Source: a virus
Reading direction: 5' to 3' (one strand)
DNA length: 64,000 nt
Virus record (IMG/VR): IMGVR_UViG_3300032046_000005
Span: 32,001-96,000 of that record
In this document: positions 49,275 through 58,255 of the stretch, one piece after another
Position numbering within the stretch: the first letter of the stretch is position 1
Layout: the number at the start of each line of letters is the position of its first letter
Program-made: the position numbers and the translations under genes
Notes under the pieces: model-generated
Told to the model about the DNA's origin: nothing
Database searches by the model: none
The model's input: only the letters and a program-made list of their open reading frames with translations

Positions 49275-50042
49275 GTGATACAAACAAACAAAATATACAA
49301 CATTGATTGTCAAGAAGGATTCAAACAATTGAACGATAATTCGATACATTTGATTGTTACATCTCCTCCTTACAATGTCAACAAAGAATACGAAGAAAAC
49401 CAAACATTTGATGATTGGTATGAACTAATGAAAGAAGTAATAAAAGAATCAAAACGAGTTCTCGTTTCTGGAGGAAGACTATGCATTAATGTAGCTAATA
49501 TTGCTCGAAAACCTTATATTCCTTTAAATTATTACATAATAGATATTTTACTTCAGATAAAATTTTTACTTAGAGGTATTATAATATGGGAAAAAGGAAT
49601 ATCTGGAGGAAAAAGTACAACTTGGGGATCTTGGAGATCTGCTTCTAATCCAGTTATTAGAGATGATTATGAATTTATTATTGTTTCTTGTAAAGATAAA
49701 TACAAACTTGAACCAAAAGGTATTAATTCAATTTCTTCAAAAGATTTTCTTTTTTGTTATAATGCAGTATGGCATATGAATGCAGAATCAAATCCTAATA
49801 TAAATCATCCTACTCCTTTTCCAATTAATTTACCAAAGCAATTAATAGAATTTTATACTTTTGAAAACAACATTATATTAGATCCTTTCATTGGATCAGG
49901 AACAACAGCAATTGCTGCCTTATTAACAAGAAGAAAGTTCATAGGATTCGAAAAAGAAAAAAAGTATGTTGACTTGGCAAATAAACGCATTTATCCATAC
50001 TTAGGACAACAAAAAATAACAGACTTTACCAGTCATCAATAA
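49275..50042 (+). CDS. beta-class N4-cytosine/N6-adenine DNA methyltransferase
   Basis: LIVTSPPY motif IV, HPTPFP, LDPFIGSGTT motif I. Confidence 0.92.
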   Translation: MIQTNKIYNIDCQEGFKQLNDNSIHLIVTSPPYNVNKEYEENQTFDDWYELMKEVIKESKRVLVSGGRLCINVANIARKPYIPLNYYIIDILLQIKFLLRGIIIWEKGISGGKSTTWGSWRSASNPVIRDDYEFIIVSCKDKYKLEPKGINSISSKDFLFCYNAVWHMNAESNPNINHPTPFPINLPKQLIEFYTFENNIILDPFIGSGTTAIAALLTRRKFIGFEKEKKYVDLANKRIYPYLGQQKITDFTSHQ

Positions 50043-51828
50043 CAACTCTGCTTTTACCTCTCCTTAATTGTCTCCTAATTTCTTCTTCTTTATCTTCGGG
50101 AGTTTTGATGTTTCTATGAGTTAGATTATCTTCAAAATCAGCATACACGCTCATAATTTCTACAAATGGATCTTCACTAAGAGCAACTGGTATTTTCTGA
50201 AGTTCGTATTCTGCATTTGCCAACGCATCAATGGCATCAAGTTTAGGATAATACGGAAACTTTAATATCTCGTTTGCAAGTTCAGAACGTTCTAATGTTG
50301 ACATCATGCTTATTAATTCGTTTTTAATGGGTAATAAAAGGCGATCTTTTATTCGTTGAATTTTCTCTCCAGTATTATGCAAGTCCATGATTTCAGCATA
50401 AATAGCAATCTTGTTTGTTATTTGTTTACCATCATGTATAAAATACACTCTAGAACGACACATTTCAATGAAATCATCTCCTCCTCCTTGTTTTTCAATT
50501 ATGATTATGATTCGTATGCTTTCGTATTTTTTCTTGAATTCAATCACAAAATCGTTAATCTTTATGAGCAACTCTTCAAGCGTGGTATGTTCTGTCCAAT
50601 CGTGTAATATGACTTTATGACCAGTGTTCATGTTTCTCAAACCAATCACACATCCGGTATAACTTGAAGATTGTTTCGTGGTTGTAGCTCGATCAATCGT
50701 TATGAAACAAATGTCATATTTCCGGTTAACTGGATCTTCAAGCAAGTTTATTGTCTTGATATGATCCCAAATTTCTCCTGTTATTGGGTGCGGATCTTGC
50801 TCATATTCAGAAAACCAAGCGTATTCTCCCACGTGTTTTCTAGTTGCTTCTAAATTTATCTTTTTCTTTTTAAGATCTTTTTCAAATGAAGGTAAACTTG
50901 GATGAGTGAATAGTTCAGGACATAATAACGATCCGTCTTCATTTCTTGTTTTTCTCTTATAAACAACTAAATCTTTACCAAATTTTTCTCCAATAAAATC
51001 AAAAAAGTCTCCTTCAAATTTATGAGTTCCCGTAAAACTCCACTTATCTGGATGAATTGGATAAAGCGAACTATTAAAATGAAGTTCAAGCGTTTCTTCT
51101 AAATGTCGTTCTTTCATGAATTTAGAATCAATAGGATCATCAACCGAAATCCATAATTTTCGTTCTATTTTTCGTTGTTCTTCAACATATCTCTTGATTT
51201 CTTTAGGATCAAAAGCTCCATCTTCGTTATCTTCAAACATCTTTACAAAATCGTCCCAATCTTCATTAGACATGTTTTCAAAACGGTCTTGTCGACCTAA
51301 TGAATGCATTCCTAGAGTATCTTTTGAAGTTATCAAATAACAATCAAACTTGCCTCCATTTACTAACCTAAAATGAAATGGAGATGTCCTTTTATCTTTC
51401 TCAACCAATCTTTGTCGTTCAAAAAAAACATAAACTGTATATGCAATTTCTTTTCTTCGATCAGTCCATCCTAACAAAAGAACATCGTAGTTTTGGTACC
51501 ACATTGCCCATTCGTATTTCCACGCGTATTCAATTGATTTCCCATGATTACGAGGAACAAGCGTTTCTTCAAATGTAGATTCCCAAGTTAAATCGTGATG
51601 TTCTTTTTGCCATTTGAACAAACCTCTGAATTTAGGATATGTAATATATCTACAAAACTTTTCAAATCCAGGATCTTTTGTTGGAAGTGGAATTAGTTCT
51701 TCGTCTAATTCTGATTCTTCTCCATCTTTCTTTTTCTTTTTCTTTTTAGGATCGTCTTTCTTGATTATGTTTCCATTTAAATCCCATAAACCAAGCACGG
51801 TTTGTGGAGCATATTCTTCTTTAGACAA
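50026..51828 (-). CDS. terL: terminase large subunit
   Basis: LFKWQ, Walker A VPRNHGKS, Walker B ISVDDPID, GT coupling motif, EYEQDP, nuclease ITIDRA, IEKQGGG, LDAIDALA. Confidence 0.88.
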   Translation of the reverse strand: MSKEEYAPQTVLGLWDLNGNIIKKDDPKKKKKKKDGEESELDEELIPLPTKDPGFEKFCRYITYPKFRGLFKWQKEHHDLTWESTFEETLVPRNHGKSIEYAWKYEWAMWYQNYDVLLLGWTDRRKEIAYTVYVFFERQRLVEKDKRTSPFHFRLVNGGKFDCYLITSKDTLGMHSLGRQDRFENMSNEDWDDFVKMFEDNEDGAFDPKEIKRYVEEQRKIERKLWISVDDPIDSKFMKERHLEETLELHFNSSLYPIHPDKWSFTGTHKFEGDFFDFIGEKFGKDLVVYKRKTRNEDGSLLCPELFTHPSLPSFEKDLKKKKINLEATRKHVGEYAWFSEYEQDPHPITGEIWDHIKTINLLEDPVNRKYDICFITIDRATTTKQSSSYTGCVIGLRNMNTGHKVILHDWTEHTTLEELLIKINDFVIEFKKKYESIRIIIIIEKQGGGDDFIEMCRSRVYFIHDGKQITNKIAIYAEIMDLHNTGEKIQRIKDRLLLPIKNELISMMSTLERSELANEILKFPYYPKLDAIDALANAEYELQKIPVALSEDPFVEIMSVYADFEDNLTHRNIKTPEDKEEEIRRQLRRGKSRVVIDDW

Positions 51829-51877
51829 AATTTCAACTTTTTGTATATTTAAACAATAATAAATGTGTATAGAATTC

Positions 51878-51894
51878 TATATATTTCATTGTTT
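51878..51894 (-). promoter_or_regulatory. putative late promoter AAACAATGAA-N-TAT (copies at 20033-20051, 43124-43141, 45595-45609)
   Basis: Same minus-strand motif upstream of four genes in the morphogenesis region. Confidence 0.5.
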
Positions 51895-51949
51895 AAATAA
51901 AAAAATAAAAAAAATCACAAGTTTAATCTAGTTTTCATAATAGATTTGG

Positions 51950-52609
51950 TCAAGCATTTTTAATGACTTTTTCTAAATCGTCAAATGAAATTGACCATTT
52001 GTTTTCCAAACAATCGTTGTTTAACTTGACGTGCTTTTCAAAATATCCTTGCCAAAAAGGAGTAAAATGTTTATAATTTAACACATATTCAAGTAAACAA
52101 CTACAAGACGTGTGATCCGAAATTCCATTAAATATTCTAAATAAATTTGAAGGATAATCAATAAATTTAGCTGGATATTTCGGAACACATAATAAATCAA
52201 TTCCATTCAAATAAACTTTTTCTGGTTCGTGATCATACGAAATAAAAAACGGTTTATCTGTTAAATCTACAAGATCAATTAATTCTTCGTTATTAGAATC
52301 TTTACAACGAATCTTGTAATAATTAACTCCAATTTTTTCACAAATTTCTATAGCTTCAGGATAATACATTGGAGTAAAAAACACTTCTTGTTCAATTGAC
52401 TTGCCATATTGAAACAATTCATTTGCTTTTTCATAGTCAAATATGATTGTTTTCAAAAAATCGTGATAAGGATTTCCTTGTATTTCATTTTCAGAAAAAA
52501 GTTGAAATTTAGACGCCCAACATCCAATTTCCTTGCTTCGTTTAATCATTTCTTTGGCTTCTTTCAAATTTTTGAAGTTACATCCACATTCTGCTATGAT
52601 CTTTAACAT
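51950..52609 (-). CDS. NeuB/PseI/LegI-like nonulosonate synthase (short, no SAF domain)
   Basis: IIAECGCN, KFQLF, FFTP, YKI, CVPKYP, GISDHT, FEKH. Confidence 0.85.
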   Translation of the reverse strand: MLKIIAECGCNFKNLKEAKEMIKRSKEIGCWASKFQLFSENEIQGNPYHDFLKTIIFDYEKANELFQYGKSIEQEVFFTPMYYPEAIEICEKIGVNYYKIRCKDSNNEELIDLVDLTDKPFFISYDHEPEKVYLNGIDLLCVPKYPAKFIDYPSNLFRIFNGISDHTSCSCLLEYVLNYKHFTPFWQGYFEKHVKLNNDCLENKWSISFDDLEKVIKNA

Positions 52610-53244
52610 TTTCTTCCCTTATTTCTTTTACCTAACCATATTATCTTATCTTTATCAATCAAAAAAGGTGCTTCGTAAACTCCTGATGAACTATTTGTGT
52701 AAAACTTTTTACAACAGGCAATCAATCCTAACAACTGATCGTGTGGTAAATTTGCATATGATTGATCTGGATTGGATCCAATAAATATTTCCTTAATTGT
52801 TGTTGTTTGATTATACAACACTAGATTGTAAGGTTCTTCAGGAACTTTAGACAAATCTATTTTAGAATCAAACAAGTGAATAGCTCCTATTATTTTCACG
52901 TTTGATTTTCTTCCAATTGATTTCAATATTTTTTTTGTAGTTTTTGCACATTTTTTACTTTCACACCATTGTTCGTTGCTCAAAATCGTGATACAATGCC
53001 TTAAATAATCGTCGTAGCAAGTTAAATACTTTTGTTTTACTCCTGTTCCGTAATGTATTATGTATTTATGTTTCATAAATGCTTCTAATGTCAAATCAAA
53101 TATTTCTTTTCGATCTCCAATTGCAATAAATATATCACAATTATCAATAGTATCTACAAACGAACAATCTTTTAATATCTGTTTCATGTTTTCAACTAAA
53201 ACTTTATCAGATCTCGAACTGAAAGGAATCATAATTTTTTTCAT
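52603..53244 (-). CDS. NeuC-like UDP-GlcNAc 2-epimerase (internally shortened)
   Basis: SRSD, GDRKE, DD..RH.IT.LS, N.D, NSSSG.YEAP, GKRN.GR. Confidence 0.75.
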   Translation of the reverse strand: MKKIMIPFSSRSDKVLVENMKQILKDCSFVDTIDNCDIFIAIGDRKEIFDLTLEAFMKHKYIIHYGTGVKQKYLTCYDDYLRHCITILSNEQWCESKKCAKTTKKILKSIGRKSNVKIIGAIHLFDSKIDLSKVPEEPYNLVLYNQTTTIKEIFIGSNPDQSYANLPHDQLLGLIACCKKFYTNSSSGVYEAPFLIDKDKIIWLGKRNKGRKC

Positions 53245-53582
53245 ATTAATAATGGTTCAATTTCTTGTTTATAATAAAAATCAAATTGTGTTCTTCCTAC
53301 TTTAACATACCGTTCTTGCCATTCAGGAGTCCATTCATTTTTTTTGTTTAAAAATGGTGCTTCTTCGAATCGTTTTTTTATTTCCGGAATATATCCTTGT
53401 AGAAAGTATTCAAACAATAGATTTTTACTTGTAAGTTTACAATACAAATATCTTTTCAATTCTCCAATTATTTTGTTAGGATTTTCAGTAGTTTCTTTAC
53501 TTGCAATTGCTTGTCCTGTTCTAGCTAAAAATAGAAATATTTTTACCTGTTCTTGTGGAACTCCAAATAATTTTTCATCCAT
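53241..53582 (-). CDS. hypothetical protein
   Basis: ATGA overlap with the NeuC-like gene. Confidence 0.5.
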   Translation of the reverse strand: MDEKLFGVPQEQVKIFLFLARTGQAIASKETTENPNKIIGELKRYLYCKLTSKNLLFEYFLQGYIPEIKKRFEEAPFLNKKNEWTPEWQERYVKVGRTQFDFYYKQEIEPLLI

Positions 53583-53712
53583 ATTATTTATGGACTTTCA
53601 TTTTTTGTCGAACTTTGTATTTGTTCAATCAAAAATCTAATTCTTTTGCTTGTTTTTTTATCAATAGTTTCAGCAGCAATATCAAATAACCGGTTAATAA
53701 TATCATCTATTT

Positions 53713-53955
53713 TCATTTTTCATCTTCCTTCATATTGTTCATTATTCCATACACACTTACAAGTGCCATGTATATGTAAGCAAAGAACATCAAATAAAGT
53801 TGATTGTACAACATTAAAATAGCACACATTACATCTCCAAACATGAAAATATACAAGTTAATTCGTCTGTAAAGCGAATTGTTCATTTTCTTCGATGCAA
53901 GTAATGTCGTTCCAATCATGAATATTAACATCGATATAATTTCAATAATTTCCAT
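53713..53955 (-). CDS. three-TM membrane protein (PnuC/YgjV-like)
   Basis: Three hydrophobic helices, YGI near C-terminus. Confidence 0.5.
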   Translation of the reverse strand: MEIIEIISMLIFMIGTTLLASKKMNNSLYRRINLYIFMFGDVMCAILMLYNQLYLMFFAYIYMALVSVYGIMNNMKEDEK

Positions 53956-54109
53956 ATTATGAATAATATTTTATTATATTTAAATTTTTTTTTAAATTTT
54001 TTTCTGGTTGGTTCTTCAATAGAAATTTCTAATAATTAAGTCCAGATCCTAGAACCATTAATCTGAGTAGGTTTTAGACTAATTATTATCACCAATTTCC
54101 AGTAAAAAT

Positions 54110-54451
54110 CTAATTCATTTGTAAATAATCTTTCATCATATTTAAAATTTTTTCATTATTATCATTTTTAGGAACAAATCGTTCAAATGATTCTACAAAC
54201 TTTATTACATCGCTCACATTCGTAAAAAATTGAGTATAAAAACCATGAATATTATAATGAGCAATAAAATTACAATGACAACATATATATTGATATAAAT
54301 TTTGAGTAAAAAAATGTCGATTAAATCCTGAATCTATGAATTTTTTAAAGATCTTGATGATATTAATTTCTTTTTTTTTCTTAGGTTTTTCTTCTTTTTC
54401 TTCTTTAATTTCAATTTTTTTAGATAAATTCAAGAATTTTTCTAAAATCAT
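54110..54451 (-). CDS. hypothetical viral protein
   Basis: FTQNLYQY...FIAHYNIHGFY motif. Confidence 0.55.
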   Translation of the reverse strand: MILEKFLNLSKKIEIKEEKEEKPKKKKEINIIKIFKKFIDSGFNRHFFTQNLYQYICCHCNFIAHYNIHGFYTQFFTNVSDVIKFVESFERFVPKNDNNEKILNMMKDYLQMN

Positions 54452-54452
54452 T

Positions 54453-54695
54453 TTATTTTCTCTTTATTTCGATGTTTTGATAAAGTAATAATAAATTATT
54501 GATTTCTAACATCAAACATTCTTGTTTGCAATAATGAAATTCTCGTAATTCATACATTTCATTTTTTCCTAATATTTTAATTAGAATAAGATACCAAGCA
54601 GTAGTTATATTTATTTCTTTTTTACAATGATCACATATATATTTGATTGTCATGATATATGTAATAATAATCAAATATTTAAATAGTTGATTCAA
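54453..54695 (-). CDS. small Zn-finger protein
   Basis: CDHCKKEI...HYCKQEC. Confidence 0.5.
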   Translation of the reverse strand: MNQLFKYLIIITYIMTIKYICDHCKKEINITTAWYLILIKILGKNEMYELREFHYCKQECLMLEINNLLLLYQNIEIKRK

Positions 54696-54728
54696 ATATT
54701 TAAAAAATTAGAAAAAAAAATTAGAAAT

Positions 54729-55292
54729 TTATAAAATTTTTGTTCCAAAAACACTTAAGTCTAACAATGAATATTGATGACCACATTTAGAACATTCAAA
54801 AAATATCCATTGCCTAATTGTTTCAGAAGTTTCAGAAAGTCCTTTTACAAACCATCCAGATGATCCGTGTTCATAATATTGACAATTAGAAGGATTAAAA
54901 GGCATTTCACAAAATTTACATTGTTTCTTATATTCACTTAATGAATTATAAATTCGATTAGCAATTTCAATAGGCATTGGTTTTATTTCTTCTGTTTTAG
55001 GAAAACGCTTTTCAATCCTTATTTTCTTTACGCATTCTGGACCAATACCTCTTTGAACCGATTCAAACACTGTCAATTCTCTTCCACAAATCTGACAATG
55101 ATTTGAAGGAGAAAAAGAACTCCATTCATATCTATGAGTATTTTCATTCTTTTTCCATTCCCTTGCTTCATAAGGAATGTTTTTTTTGTCAAATCTATGT
55201 GAAACGCTTGCAATTTCGCTTTTTGTCTTAACTTCTCTTCTAATAATTTTATCATTAGAAGAATTTTTAAATTCAATTTTATATTTAGTCAT
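54729..55292 (-). CDS. DUF6011-like plus second Zn-ribbon protein
   Basis: CQICGRELT..ESVQRGIGPEC; CKFC..YEH..GW..QWIFFECSKCGHQYSL. Confidence 0.65.
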   Translation of the reverse strand: MTKYKIEFKNSSNDKIIRREVKTKSEIASVSHRFDKKNIPYEAREWKKNENTHRYEWSSFSPSNHCQICGRELTVFESVQRGIGPECVKKIRIEKRFPKTEEIKPMPIEIANRIYNSLSEYKKQCKFCEMPFNPSNCQYYEHGSSGWFVKGLSETSETIRQWIFFECSKCGHQYSLLDLSVFGTKIL

Positions 55293-55377
55293 AATTAGTA
55301 TATATCATACTAACTATTTAAATGTTTTGTTTTTTTATAATAAAAAAAAGAAAAAAAATAAAATTTAGGTTAAATAA

Positions 55378-55488
55378 TTAAACATCTTCATCGTCTTCAA
55401 AATCCAAATCATCGTCTTCATCTTCATCATCTTCAAAATCTCCATCGTCTTCATCTTCTTGTTTGGGTTCTTTTTGTTTTTTTGCCAT
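55378..55488 (-). CDS. 36-aa highly acidic micropeptide (not in track)
   Basis: MAKKQKEPKQEDEDDGDFEDDEDEDDDLDFEDDEDV*; AAGTGA RBS; TATA at about 55562-55575. Confidence 0.65.
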   Translation of the reverse strand: MAKKQKEPKQEDEDDGDFEDDEDEDDDLDFEDDEDV

Positions 55489-55719
55489 TTTTTTCACTTT
55501 TATGTTTTTGTAATATGTTATTTAATCAAACTTCAAATTGTTGAAAATATAAAATAATTTTAAACATTTAAATGTTATCATTTTCGTTATCAATATCAAA
55601 AATGCGATTATATGTTTCACATCCTACACAGTAATCGTAATTGCAATAATCATCGGTTTCTTTGCAACATTCGTCACAATTCCAATTACTATAATAATAT
55701 GGACAGTCGTATGGAGGAT

Positions 55720-56043
55720 TCATTTTTCATCCTCTTCATCAAAATCAAAACAAATTGCCATTGCATTTTCTTTGAGTTTTTCGTAATCTTTTTTTAATTC
55801 AGAGTTTTCTTTTATTAATTCTTTAATTGTTTTAATTTTATCGTCAATTTCAGTTATCGCATCCTTTAATTGCTCTTTTAACTCCTTGATTTTATTGTTC
55901 AATTGGTTAAACGATTCCAAACATTGTTTATTAGCCAAATGGAAATTGTAATTGTCATCTTTCATCTCGGCATTTTCTTTCTCTAATTCTTTGATGTATC
56001 TATTTGCTTCTTCAGTAATATCCTTTTCGTAATTAAAGTTCAC
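55720..56043 (-). CDS. coiled-coil protein
   Basis: GGAGG RBS; heptads; LxKENxELK shared with 56067..56270. Confidence 0.55.
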   Translation of the reverse strand: MNFNYEKDITEEANRYIKELEKENAEMKDDNYNFHLANKQCLESFNQLNNKIKELKEQLKDAITEIDDKIKTIKELIKENSELKKDYEKLKENAMAICFDFDEEDEK

Positions 56044-56066
56044 TTCTTTTCCTCCAATTTTCCATT

Positions 56067-56270
56067 TTATTCAATTTCAATCAATCCATTTGGATCAAAT
56101 AAATCGTGTAATTTAAAAAAGCGAATTTTCCATTTTTCTTTTACTTGTTTCAAATGAAAGTTTTCTTGCTTGAGTTCGGCGTTCTCTTTTACTAACCGTT
56201 CTATATATGCCGCAGAATCAAGAATATCTTCATAACTTTTATAATGTTTTTCGCTCATTTTTATTATCAA
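56067..56270 (-). CDS. coiled-coil protein
   Basis: YIERLVKENAELK resembles YIKELEKENAEMK of the neighbouring gene. Confidence 0.5.
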   Translation of the reverse strand: MIIKMSEKHYKSYEDILDSAAYIERLVKENAELKQENFHLKQVKEKWKIRFFKLHDLFDPNGLIEIE

Positions 56271-56391
56271 CTCTTTTTCTCTTTTTTCTCTAACATTCGT
56301 AATTTGTTTTTAAGATTAACAATTTCGTTCAATTGAAATAGGATTATTCCTATTAAGGTAAAAGTCGTCAAATATATTAAAAATATTTCGC

Positions 56392-56796
56392 TCACTTCTC
56401 TCCCGCCTCCTTTTCTTTTATTCTTTCGTACATTTTCTTTAATTTTTCATATTCAACTTTAAAATCGTTCACATATTCATGCGAAGATTCTGGTACATTT
56501 TCAACAAGTTTTAAACATTCTTCCCAAGTTGGAATCCTTTTTTCACAATGATAAATCAAACCCATATGATCAAACAAGAATTCGTTTGGATCCCAATCAT
56601 AAATACAAACTTTATTATTAGTTGTGTTATAAATCCATTTTTTGTGTTTTTCGTTATCGTCCCACTTGACTTCAGCATTATAACCATCCCAATAATACAC
56701 TTTCTCTTCCACAAAAAATACAGGATTGTTTCCACACGAAACAACTGCATCTTGACTGCATTTTTGCAGTTCTTCGATCAATTCTTTAACTTTCAT
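56392..56796 (-). CDS. hypothetical viral protein
   Basis: MKVKELIEELQ..D..V and YYWDG motifs common in phage early proteins. Confidence 0.6.
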   Translation of the reverse strand: MKVKELIEELQKCSQDAVVSCGNNPVFFVEEKVYYWDGYNAEVKWDDNEKHKKWIYNTTNNKVCIYDWDPNEFLFDHMGLIYHCEKRIPTWEECLKLVENVPESSHEYVNDFKVEYEKLKKMYERIKEKEAGEK

Positions 56797-57166
56797 CTAT
56801 TCTATCTCTTACTTCTGTTATTTTTTCACATATTTCCCACAACAAACCAAGATGATTACAAGCTACTTTATTCTTAATAATATCGTTCCAATCTTTTTCT
56901 ATTTTTTGTTCAAGTTCTTTCAATCGTTTTTTGTTTTTTTCTTCTTCTGTTATTTTTTGTTTTTTATAATATGTTTTCATTTCTTTCTTAGTTAATAAAT
57001 CTTTAGGATACACGACAAATTGATTGTTTTGAGCAGTATAACAACACATATCATATTTTATAATTTTAAACTTCCCAGATACAAATAAAACTACTTTTAT
57101 AAGTTGATACTTTCTAAACTTAGGCAATAATTTCCGATCAATTGGATATTCATATATTATTTTCAT
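56786..57166 (-). CDS. hypothetical protein
   Basis: Overlapping operon ORF. Confidence 0.5.
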   Translation of the reverse strand: MKIIYEYPIDRKLLPKFRKYQLIKVVLFVSGKFKIIKYDMCCYTAQNNQFVVYPKDLLTKKEMKTYYKKQKITEEEKNKKRLKELEQKIEKDWNDIIKNKVACNHLGLLWEICEKITEVRDRIDES

Positions 57167-57558
57167 TTTTTATCGTCTTTATTTTCATTTTTATCTGTAA
57201 TTTCCCAAACAATGTAACAACTCTTATCTACAAGTTTCAATGCTTTTTCAATTGCTTCTTCTTCCGAATTTGCTTCAATATCGATTTTATCTTCAATCAT
57301 GACTCTATATTTGTCAGGTTTGTAAAAATCTTCAATATTCCATACTGGTTTTGAATATTCCCAATTACTAACAATTTTAAATATTTCATGTTTTTGGTCA
57401 TTTGTTAGTGTCTTGAATTCTTCTTTAAACTTCAAAACAAAATCATTTTTATCAATATCTTCTTCATAAAAACAATCAACCCACAAACATCTCCATTTTT
57501 TAAAATCTGGATCATAATCTAATGAATATTCTCCACATTTAGGACATTTCTTTACCAT
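57163..57558 (-). CDS. Zn-ribbon protein
   Basis: KCPKCGEYSL...WRCLWVDC; IEANSEEEAIEKA. Confidence 0.55.
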   Translation of the reverse strand: MVKKCPKCGEYSLDYDPDFKKWRCLWVDCFYEEDIDKNDFVLKFKEEFKTLTNDQKHEIFKIVSNWEYSKPVWNIEDFYKPDKYRVMIEDKIDIEANSEEEAIEKALKLVDKSCYIVWEITDKNENKDDKK

Positions 57559-57561
57559 AGT

Positions 57562-57747
57562 TCAGTTTCCACTTGGATCATCAAAACATATACCTTCACG
57601 ATCAGGACATTCTCCTTTATCATCTATGTAATAAATATTATTGTAAATTTTTCCATCAACTTCTTTTAATAAAGAATATCCTTTATTACATTTAGAAAAT
57701 ATATTGAATAAAATAGGTTTATATTTACAATCATTACAAGTTTTCAT
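57562..57747 (-). CDS. small Cys-rich protein
   Basis: CNDCKY..C..C. Confidence 0.5.
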   Translation of the reverse strand: MKTCNDCKYKPILFNIFSKCNKGYSLLKEVDGKIYNNIYYIDDKGECPDREGICFDDPSGN

Positions 57748-57807
57748 AACATTTAAATATAATGCATCTAAATATTTAAACTTTTCAATAAAAAAAAAAC
57801 AAAAAAA

Positions 57808-57990
57808 TTACAATCTATAAAGTTTTGTTATTAATGCAGATAAGTATCCTTTTCTCTCTTTTTTTGATTTAATTTCGATAAAAGCATCTACTAAATCAAT
57901 TAATCCGGTTTCTAATCCTTCAACTTTCCTTTTTAACTTTTCTATTTCTTTTTCAAGATCTTCTGTTGTTTTTTTGTTCACTTCTGACAT
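57808..57990 (-). CDS. small coiled-coil protein
   Basis: Heptad repeat. Confidence 0.5.
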   Translation of the reverse strand: MSEVNKKTTEDLEKEIEKLKRKVEGLETGLIDLVDAFIEIKSKKERKGYLSALITKLYRL

Positions 57991-58255
57991 TTTCTCATAT
58001 TATTAAGTTTTGATATGTTAAAAGTAAAACAAACATATAAAGTTTATTGATATACAAACATTTAAATATGAATAATTATATATACTAATTAGTGAAAAAT
58101 ATGATAAATGAAATCATAATTGATTTAAAAGCGTTAAAAATCTCACTTGAACGCGTTCCTAAAAATGTTGCTCCAAGTGAAGATAAAGAACTATATTTAG
58201 GAAAAGCACTTGAAGATTTGAAAGTGCTGATTCTTAAATATATGAAATTAAAGGA

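Noticed and set aside
50026-51828. Intein in terminase
   Set aside because: No C/S start or HN-C/S/T end motifs, and the insertion is too short
54002-54105. Hairpin ribozyme or degenerate tRNA
   Set aside because: AGAA..ACCAG resemblance only; NGUC and loop B not in place; no T-arm or acceptor stem
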